Shown here in pieces: positions 54,176 to 64,000 of a stretch of DNA of 64,000 nucleotides. The notes under the pieces were generated by a model. The model had not been told where the DNA came from, searched no databases, and saw only the letters and a list, made by a program, of their open reading frames with translations. Source of the DNA: Mobula hypostoma (lineage: Eukaryota); assembly GCF_963921235.1 (NCBI RefSeq), contig NC_086097.1:131442001-131506000 (forward strand). The letters are read 5' to 3'. Numbering within the stretch: position 1 is the stretch's first letter; each line of letters opens with the position of its first letter. Made by a program: the position numbers and the translations under genes.

Positions 54176-54863
54176 TAGATTGGATTAGATTATGAGGACA
54201 CTCAGTCCTCGTTTATTGCCATTTAGAAATGCATGCATTAAAAAATGATACAATGTTCCTCCAGAATGATATCACAAGAAAACACAGGACAAACCAAGAC
54301 TAAAACTGACAAAACCACATAATTATAACATATAGTTATGACAGTGCAGAGCAATACCATGATTTGATGGAGAGCAGACCATGGGCACGGTAAATAAAAG
54401 TCTCAAAGTCCCGATAGCCTCATCCTCTCACGCAGACGGTAGAAGGGAGAAACTGTCCCTGCCATGAACCTCCAAGCGCCGCCAACTTTCCAATGAAGCA
54501 CCATTGGAAGCACCCGACCGCAGCGTACTCTGAGTTTGTCTGAAATCTTCGAGCCTCCGTCCAGCCACTCCGACACAGCCTCTCCAAGCACCATCCCCTG
54601 CTGAGCGCTTTGACCCCGCCCTGGCCGCTGAGCAACAAGCAAAGCTGAGGACTCGGAGCCTTCCCCTCCGGAGATTCTGGACCACACTGTAGCAGCAGCA
54701 GTGAAGCAGACATTTCAGAAGTTTCTCCAGATGTTCCTCCATGCTCTCACGTCCGTCTCCATCAAATCAGGATTGTGCACGGCACCCTACTTGACAAATA
54801 ACAGACATCAGCACTGGAGTGGCCACTGCGAGTTGCGTTGCACCGCCACCTTCTCCTCCCACC
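54176..54863 (-). mobile_element. ~690-bp non-coding (non-autonomous) retroposon, apparently full length
   Basis: 5' GGAGAAGGTGGCGG..., 3' GAGGAC-N5-GTCCTC hairpin then (AATCT)n-like tail; possible TSD TATCT (54171-54175 and 54864-54868); second copy at 42775-43155. Confidence 0.7.
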
Positions 54864-55559
54864 TATCTCAACAGAATTTTAAATATGTTTTCTGCTCCCT
54901 TGCTCGTGGACCATTCATTAATGGAAAACACTTCTGGAGTTGCTATTCTGAGTGTTGTACAGGATGAAGCAAATAGTTGAAGGAAAGCAGTTGTGACAAT
55001 TCAGGCATCTGTACCTCCTGTCCGATGGTAGCTGTAAGAAGATGTCATGGACCGATGGTGGGGATCTTTGATGACAGATGTTGCTGGCTTGAGGCAGTGC
55101 CTCAGATGGATATGTTTGATAGTGAGGGGGACCGTGCCCATTGTGAATTGAGCTGAACTCACTACTGTCTAGGGCTTCTTAAATTCCATTGCCAAACTGT
55201 CATACCAAATCATGATACAACCAGCCAGGTTACTTTAAACAATACATTTGTAGAAGATTGATAGAGTGTTTGGTGACACCCCAAACCGCCTTAACCTTCT
55301 AAGAACATCACATAATATACCATAAAATCTGGGGTGTAAGTCCAAATATTTTGTTAATATTTTCTTGTAATTCTTAAAGGGTTCTAGATGGTGTTCTGCC
55401 TTATACACTGGTGAGACATATACTGTAAATGTTCCCAAGCTGTGTGTCATGGCACATGGGAAACTACACATTCACTCTTGGCCCCACCAGTTATTAGCCC
55501 ATATGCTATCAGAATGGTCACAAGCAGAGTTTGAGAAAAGGTGCTGGAGATCTCGGTGG

Positions 55560-56601
55560 CTCTTCACATGGCTTTAGACAACCTGGACAATATAAAAACT
55601 TACATCAGGATGCTGCTGTTCACCGACTATTCATCAGCAGAACAGAAGACTGTTCATCAGCATTTAACACCATCATTCCCACAATCTTGATTGATAAGTT
55701 ACAGAACATGGGCCTCTGTATCTCCCTCTGCGATTGAATCCTCGACTTCCTAACCGCAAGACCACAATCTGTGTGGATTGGTGATAATATTTCCTCCTCG
55801 ATGACGATCAACACTCCTGGCCCACTGCTCTACGCTCTCTAAACCCATGACTGCATAGCTCAAGTACCATCTATAAATTTGCAGATGATACAACCATTGT
55901 TAGTAGAATCCCAGATGGAGAGGAGAGGGCATACAGGAGAGAGAGATACCAACTAGTGGAGTGGTGTTGTAACAACAACCTTGAACTCAACATCAGTAAA
56001 CAAAAGAGCTGATTGTGGACTTCAGGAAGGGTAGGATGAAGGAACTCATACTAATCCTCAAAGAGTGATCAGAAGAGGAGAGAGTGAGCAGTTTCAAGTT
56101 CCTGGGTGTCAAGATCTCTGAGGGCCTAACCTGGTCCCAACATATTGATGCAGCTATAAGGAAGGCAAGACAGTGACTATACTTCATTAAGAGTTTGAAG
56201 AGATTTGGTATGTCAACAAAAACACTCAAAAACTTCTCTATATGTACCGTGGAGAGCATTATGGCAGGCTACATCACTGTCTGGTATGGGGGTGGGGGGG
56301 GGGCAGCCTACTGCACAGGACAAAGAAGCTGCAGAGGGTTGTAAATCTAGTCAGCTCCATCTTGGGTACTAGCCTACAAAGTACTCAGGACATCTTCAAG
56401 GAGTGATGTCTCAGAAAGGTAGCATCTATTATTAAGGACCCCCAGCACCCAGAGCGTGCCCTTTTTTCATCAGGTAGGAGGCACAGAAGACTGAAATTGA
56501 TTTACTTATTTATTTATTCTATATTATGTATGGCTTTGAACTGCTGCTGCTAAGTTAACAAATTTCACGGCACATGCCAGTGATAATAAACCTGATTCTG
56601 A
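55560..56601 (+). mobile_element. Rex1/Babar LINE 3' fragment, decayed
   Basis: [42 protein letters not shown]; (ctgatt)n tail. Confidence 0.9.
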
Positions 56602-59600
56602 TATTTCAAGAAATATCTCTTAAAATTGAAATCCACAGAAGTGGTGATTGAGTTATATGTAGGTACACTTTAGACACTGGATTTTACAATAAATGTACCA
56701 TAATCCCCCCTCGTAGGTTCAGTTTTACCATTCAGTAAAATCATGGCTTATCTGTGATCTAAACCAATCTCCCCAACTTCTCTCCATATTTTTAGTTACT
56801 TTTCGTTAAACAAAAATACTCTGATTCCAAAGCAGTTCTGTCACTGTCTGGTGAATCTAAACGTCATTACCTTCAAGGCAAGTATGTATACCTGAATCTG
56901 TGCTAAGCCTCAGGACTAAGGCATGCTGCTCCAGTTGCAATGCTGTCTCACCAGCCCTTACTGTTTCTTTTCTTTTGCACATTAGTGTTTGTCAGTCATT
57001 GTCTGTTTATGTATAGTTGTTTGTAAAATTCTACCATATTTCTTTTCTCCCCGAAAGAAAATGAATCTCCATGTGTGGTAACACACTGAAATGCACTTTG
57101 ATGATAATTTACTTTGAACTTTGAACTTTTGAGCAACAGTGCTAACATATATGGTTGTATATTTTATTTTAGCAAAAGGGCAGATAAAGAGGAGGTAATT
57201 TGCAAAATGAAGAATACATCTTTGTTATGTTGCTTGAGGTTAGCTCGAAATGTGTTTCCGTTTCTTTGATCACCAAAATCACCCTGGAACTCGGTGTGTT
57301 CCATACCTACCTGGATAGTGTAGTCATTAAATATTGCCTAGCTGGAGCTCAGGAAGAGAAAGGAGAAGTGACAGGGGAAGCAAAGTTCTTTCATAAGAAG
57401 GCAAGATGTGATGGGTGTGACAACTCTTTTTGTTGATGATTGCTTGCCATCCAATGCCAACGTGAGTATTTGTACCCTGATGAAAACCCACCCACTATTT
57501 TTCATTGGGTTTCCCTCTTGTCAGATCAGTTTACCGCCAGGGTGCAACACAATTCCTTACACATGTGGATCTCACAAAATAAACAGAATCATAATCAGGG
57601 GTGTTATTGTCACTGATGTAAATTGTGAAATTTGTTGTTTAGTGGCATTACTACATGGCAGAAATAACAATTTACTCTAAGTTACAATTATTACTATATA
57701 AACAAACAAACAAATAAATAAATAGTGCAAAAGAGGAATAGCAAGGTGATGTCCATGAGTTTATGGACCATTCAGAAATCTGATGGCAGAGGAGAAGAAA
57801 CTGTTCCTAAAATGTTGAGTATAGTTCTTCAGGCTCCAGTACCTCCTCCCCAGTGGTGTTAATGAGATCTGGTGGATGGTGAGGTTGCTTTATGATAGAT
57901 GCTGAAATCCTGAGGCACCATCTTCTGAAGAATTTTTCAATAGCGCAGAGGCTTGTAATAATAAGTAAACAATAAATACTGAGATGAGCACAGAACAACA
58001 GCGTGGTGTAGACATTCTATAGTTCAAAGTAAATGTATTATCAAAGTACATATGTATACAACCCATATACAACACTGAAATTCATTTCCTAGTGGGCACT
58101 CTCAATAAATCTACAGAATTATAACCACAAAAGAATTAATGAAAGACCGGCCAACTTGGGTGTTCCACTAGAGTGCAGAAAACAGCAAACTGTGCAAATA
58201 CAAAAAAGAAAGAAATAATAACAATAAATAAGTAAGCAATAAATATAGAAATGAATAGTCTTTGAAAGTGAATCCATTGATATGAATTGCTGAAGTGAGA
58301 ATATCTGAATATCCAAGGGGAGCAGAGTTCAGAGTCTGAGAATGTGGCAGCACCACTGGGAAAGGGATCTGGAAGAGATGACTGGTTCAGAAGTCCGATT
58401 GCAGTGGGGAAGAAGCTCTTCTTTAATATGGACTTCTGGAACTTCAAACTTCCCAGGTAGAAGGCACAAATGAGAATGGCCAGTGTGGCATTCTTTGATG
58501 ATACTGTTAGCTGATGCTCAAGATTTCGGTTATTCAAAACACCTCTTTAACAACTTGTCTCTCTTCTCTCCTGTCCCCTCTGAGTCCAAAAGAAGGTGCT
58601 TAATTACGATCAAAAGCAGGTGCCAGAAATGTCTGCCTAACCAAGCAAATGTCAACAACATGTGGGCAAAATATATGCAAAATGTCGCACACCAATTGAC
58701 AACTTAATAGGAAAGGCTCTCTTGAGAAGTAAAGACAATATTGAACTACTTGTTGGAAGGGCTTCATTGGTCTGGACTGCTATCAAGACAGCAGTGTGCT
58801 AAAATTAGCAGAGCGCAATGGTCTTGTTATTCCTTTTGTGCGTAAGCTCAATAATAAAGATCTTCTTTGTCCATCCCAGACTATTCCATATAATGCGATT
58901 ACACAAAATTTTGCTCTGAATCAGAGTTAATAGGGAACTTATTGTAATTGTTAGGGTTAAACACTGCTTATTTCCACAAACACAAGATGCTCTTATACCC
59001 TAGAGTTTTCCTATCGGTGTTTTAAAGAACAAGGCTGTTATTTTAGCCAAAATTGTCAGTTTAGGCTACATTAACCCGTGACCTTCAAAACAAAAATGTT
59101 ACACATTGTTGCCTGCATAATGATTTATTCAATGACAACGAGCACCTTTCAAAGGATCATTGACTATCCAGAGCAGGTTTTCAAAATTTATTTTAAGTGA
59201 CATAAAGTATTATTAAGCAGCTAAATAACTTGATAATCTTCTATTGACTTTTCTGTGACTTAATAAACTTGCACCAATTATTTTCCAGGTCAGAGTGTCA
59301 GAGCTGGGGTTAAGGGTCCTGTCATGTTCTCAAACCTTAACAGTTAATTCTGTTCAACTAATCTAAAGACACAGGCTCCTTCTGATCTATTACACCTGTT
59401 TAAACATTCTAATAGGAGAAATCTGCCAGGCAAAGGGGAAGAAACATAGAATCACATTAGCTTATTGTAAAATTGGAGGCTATTTGGCTCATCATCCATA
59501 TGTTGGGCAAAGGTATGCAAGAACAATACTACCTTCAAGTCGTGGTCCCTAGCCCTGTGGTTTATGGTTCTTCAAGAGTTTACCATGCTCTCATTAATTG

Positions 59601-59981
59601 GGATCAAGGTTTCTACTTCCATCATCCTTTTGGGAAGAGAAATCTAGATACCTATCACTCCAAAGGAATGAGTCTAAATGGATGAGTTTTTCACGGATTC
59701 TATGAGGCAGATCATCTTTTGATCAGAAAGTGGTATAACTGTGAGCACACCAGCCATTAATATCCTTATGGAAGTAATGTTCAACAGAGTCTATGAACTG
59801 AACCGCAACCACTCCCCTTAATTCCTCAAACGAAACTAATGGTTGGTGGGGTGGCTGAGAATACACTGGAGTCAGATGAGATGATGAAACTTGAAACATT
59901 TGGAACTTGTGTAGTTCCCTCACCAGGCTCACAAGCAAACTTGGCTCGCTAGCCGGCTCTGCTAACAGTCACATGACTTGG

Positions 59982-60773
59982 TGGTGAGGAGGCCACCTTT
60001 CATAAACAATATATGTCGAGGGTCAGTATGATTTGGGGTTCAACCAAACAGGAACGTCGCAATGTTCCATTTAAAGAAACCTTGATTTGATCAAATGCTG
60101 TGTAAATACTGCCCATACATAATTACCGGTCGGCCAGAAATAACAGATTGCATACCGCATAAAATGATACAGAAAGTATATTTGCTAATTTCAGCTTTAT
60201 CGAGCAGTTATTAAGAGAAAGGAAAGAAAGAAAGAAAGAAAAAAAAGGGTGCATTACAGTTAAATCAGAGCTCGTATCTTCCAAAACTGGGTGTTTGGGG
60301 GTATACCTTCTACGCAGGTGCTGGACCCACGGTTAGTGTGGAAACACCCATCACCTTTTTGAACTCCCCTCAAAAACCATCTCGAGCAAGTGGGCACTCT
60401 CTCTCTCTCAGGAGTATTGTGCTTCCTCCCTGGAGCCATTCTTCTGCATAAAACACTTCTCGCAATGGCAACTCTCCTTCCAAGTGCATTCTGAAGCATC
60501 TTCCCTCCTGTCCTTTCTGTAACTCCCACCAAAAAGACCCTAAACTAGACTACTGTCCATCATAGATCTCTCTCTGCCCGCGCTCTCTCTAGAACTTTTT
60601 CCTGATTCCACGATCCTGACTGGCTAACAGAACATTGCTAAGTTGAACAGCAGGGCTTTTTACCTTTAGCCGAAACCAAAACATTCTACCAGCAGAACAC
60701 ACTGCTTTTGCAGAAAACTGCTAAGATGAAATACCTGCAGCACAGCAGTAGAAATCTTAACCAGGGCATTGCA
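59982..60773 (-). mobile_element. Probable solo LTR
   Basis: TG...CA termini bracketed by CTTGG (59977-59981 and 60774-60778); no coding homology; orientation guessed from TG(C)AATGCCCTGGTTAAG start on minus. Confidence 0.5.
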
Positions 60774-61039
60774 CTTGGATAACCCTGTATCAGAACTGCT
60801 CGCTTCCAGGTTTAAGAGACATGGTATAGATTCAGACTCAGATTTGTTTATTATCAGATGTACCAGAGTGCAGTGAAATTTCCTATTGACAGGAAGCTCC
60901 AAGAGTAAACAGTACACATGGTAATAGTGACGACAACAAAAAATACAGTGACGCGTGCAAGAGAGCCAAATGGTACAAAGAAACAGCACAATAGTGCAAA
61001 GCTCCCAGGAGGAGGGTTGACTGAATAAACATCATAGCA

Positions 61040-63455
61040 GAGCACTCTGTCCTCAATAAGGGTCTTACCTTTATCCCCCTTCGCCTACACCTCAGCGAGT
61101 TCCGCGTGCGCCATGATGCTGAACTCTTCTTCTGCCGACTCCGCCTTCAAGCCTACTTCTTCGGCAAGGACTCTCCCACCCCCACTGATGACCCCATCTC
61201 CCATCTTCAACCCTCCTCCTCTTCATGGACACCTCGCTCTGGTCTTCTGCCTGCTCTGGATCTCTTTATTGCTAACTGCCAATGGGACATCAACTGTCTC
61301 GAATTCACCGCACCTTGTTCTCATTCCAACCTCACTCCTTCCGAACGATCTGCTCTCCACTCCCTCAGCACTAACCCTAATCTTGCTATAAAACCCGCCC
61401 ATAAGGGGGGCGCTGTTGTAGTCTAGTGTTCTGACCTCTACCTTGCCGAGGCACAGCGACAACTCGCTGATACCTCCTCTTATTTACCCCTCGATCATGA
61501 CCTCACAAAGGACCACCAGGCCATTGTCTCCCACACCATCACCAACCTTATCAGCTCTGGGGATCTCCCATCCACTGCCACCAACCTTATAGTTCCCACA
61601 CCCCACACTTCCCATTTCTATCTCCTCCCAAGATCCACAAACCTGCCTGTCTAGGTAGACCCATTGTCTCAGCTTGCTCCTGCCCCACCAAACTCATTTC
61701 TGCATACCTCAACACTGTTTTATCCCCCCTTCTTCAATCCCTTCCCACCTATGTTCGTGACACTTCTCACGCTCTGAATTTTTTCAATGATTTTAAGTTC
61801 CCTGGCTCCCACTGCTTTATTTTCACCATGGATGTCCAGTCCCTATATACCTCCATCCTCTACCAGGAAGGTCTCAAAGCTCTCCGCTTCTTTTTGGATT
61901 CCAGACCTAACCAGTTCCCCTCTACCACCACTCTCCTCCGTCTAGCGGAATTAGTCCTTACTCTTAATAGTTTCTCCTTTGGCTCCTCCCACTTCCTCCA
62001 AACTAAAGGTGTAGCCATGGGCACCCGTATGCCTTTACCTCATCCATTTCCGACACCTCCCTCTCCTTTCTTGATCTTTCTGTCTCTATCTCTGGAGACA
62101 GCTTATCTACTGATGTTTACTATAAGCCTACGAACTCTCACAGCTACCTGGACTATTCCTCTTCCCACCCTGTCTCTTGCAAAAATGCCATCCCCTTCTC
62201 ACAATTCCTCTGTCTCCGCCGCATCGGTTCTCAGGATGAGGCTTTTCTTTCCATGATGAAGGAGATGTCTTCCTTTTTTAAAGAAAGGGGCTTCCCTTCC
62301 TCCACCATCAACTCTGCTCTCAAATGCATCTCTCTCATTTCACACACATCTGCTCTCACCCCATCCTCCTGCCACCCCACTAGGGATAGGGTTCCCCTTG
62401 TCCTCACCAACCACCCAACCAGCCTCCGGGTCCAACATATAATTCTCCATAACTTCTGCCACCTCCAACGGGATCTCACCACCAAGCACATCTTTCCCTC
62501 CCCCCCTTTCTGCTTCCTGCAGGAATCGCTCCCTACGCAACTCCCTTGTCCATTCGTCCCCCGCATCCCTCCGCACTGATCTCCCTCCTGGCACTTATCC
62601 TTGTAAGCGGAACAAGTGCTACACATGTCCTTACACTTCCTCCCTCACCACTATTCAGGGCCTCAGAGAGTCCATCCACAGTCCTTCCAGGTGAGGCGAC
62701 ACTTCACCTGTGAGTCGGCTGGGGTGATATACTGCGTCCGGTGCTCCCGGTGCGGCCTTCTATATATTGGCGAAACCCGACGCAGGCTGGGAGACCGTTT
62801 CGCTGAACACCTACATTCTGTCCACCGGAGAAAGCAGGATCCCCTAGTGGCCACACATTTTAATTCCACGTCCCATTCCCATTCTGATATGTCTATCCAC
62901 GGCCTCCTCTACTGTCAAGATGAAGCCACACTCAGGTTGGAGGAACAACACCTTATATTCTGTCTGGGTTGCCTCCAACCTGATGACATGAACATTAACT
63001 TCTCTAACTTCCATTAATGCCCCTCCTCCCCTTCTTACCCCATCCCTTATTTATCTATTATCTATCTATTATTTTTAATTTTTTTATTTTTCCCCTTTTT
63101 TCTCTCTCTCTTTTTTCTCCCTCTGTCCCTCTCACTATAACTCCTTGCCTACTCTCCATCTTCTTCTGGTGCTCGCCTCCCCCTTTCTTTCTCTCTAGGC
63201 CACCCATCCCATGATCCTTTCCCTTCTCCCGACTTGTATCCCTTTTGCCAATCAACTTTCCAGCTCTTGGCTCCATCCCTCCCCCTCCTGTCTTCTCTAT
63301 CATTTCGGATCTCCCCCTCCCCCTCCCACTTTCAAATCTCTTACTAGCTCTTCTTTCAGTTAGTCCTGACAAAGTGTCTCGGCCCGAAACATCGACTGTA
63401 CCTCTTCCTAGAGACGCTGCCTGGCCTGCTGAGTTCCACCAGCATTTTGTATGTA
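61040..63455 (+). mobile_element. Neptune-type Penelope element, ~2.4 kb, RT (internally deleted) + GIY-YIG + pseudo-LTR
   Basis: SVLNKGL.F.P, IKPAHKGGAVVV, PKIHK..GRPIVS, MDVQSLYTSI, GVAMGTRM, VIYCVRCSRCGLLYIGET...RFAEH, pseudo-LTR with decayed hammerhead at 63362-63398. Confidence 0.95.
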
Positions 63456-64000
63456 CTGATTATAGCCAGGTTGCAAGCCTCTGATTTAAAGTTGCCTAAC
63501 TCTTGGGAATCTTGGCAGCTGAAGAGCGAAGAAGATAATAAAAAGTTGAGGTGATGCCTCAAGAAGGTGGCATCCATCCCTAAGGACTCTCATCATCGGG
63601 GACATGCCCTCTTCTTGTTACTACAAAGGTACAGGACCCTGAAGATCCACTCTCAACAATTCAGAAATGGCTTCTTTCTCTCCACCATCAGATCTCTGAA
63701 AAGTTCATGAAACTCATGAACACTATTTTATTACTCCTGTTTTTTTTTAACAATATTTATTCATTTTTGTAAAATATGGAAGTTTATATCTTTGCACTGT
63801 ATTTACTGCCACTAGTCAGTGATAATAAATTTAATCTGAAGAAGGGAGGTTTCAGTGCGATCCCTTCACTCTCCAAGCACAACCAACCCTCGATTCAGAG
63901 GTCGGCATCTGAGATGATGTCCTCTAAGCTTGGTGTTACCCCATACTAGTAGGTGATTTACCTGACCATGCAGCTTTGCCTGGAGTGTCCTCCACCCCCA

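Noticed and set aside
57172..57467. Plus-strand exon ending at AAC|GTGAGT
   Set aside because: All three frames from the upstream acceptors contain stops; only a 5' UTR or non-coding exon is possible and there is no support.
59723..59938. 71-aa minus ORF and overlapping plus-strand peptide (…INILMEVMFNRVYELNRN…)
   Set aside because: Protein-like by eye, but I recognise no family and see no convincing splice-site pair.

Overview
Eukaryotic, repeat-saturated vertebrate DNA. The families present (HE1-like V-SINEs, CR1/HER1-like LINEs, Deu-SINE relics, abundant Neptune-type Penelope elements and Rex1/Babar LINEs) point to a cartilaginous fish, probably a ray or shark; this is inference. I recognise no host protein-coding gene, and the window reads as a large intron or gene desert. 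The recognisable ORFs in the track are transposon fragments; the rest look like chance ORFs. Main contents: (i) a Sleeping Beauty-like Tc1 element at 1-1494 whose left end is an inverted copy of its own right end; (ii) two long decayed CR1 LINEs with nested insertions; (iii) four Penelope-like (RT + GIY-YIG) copies plus about ten solo or hairpin pseudo-LTRs carrying a minimal hammerhead ribozyme, one fully intact at 49250-49285; (iv) many Rex1/Babar fragments; (v) young RTE and Tx1 3' fragments, a Hero-like fragment, a Tigger-derived non-autonomous element with an internal hairpin, a probable solo LTR, and a ~690-bp non-coding retroposon with a conserved 3' stem-loop. A few repeat-free islands resemble conserved non-coding elements or contain possible small exons. 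I cannot support a wholly new biological system. The best leads are the Sleeping Beauty-like element and the ribozyme-bearing pseudo-LTR family. Family names come from my recall of consensus sequences, not from a database search, and boundaries without a stated TSD are approximate.
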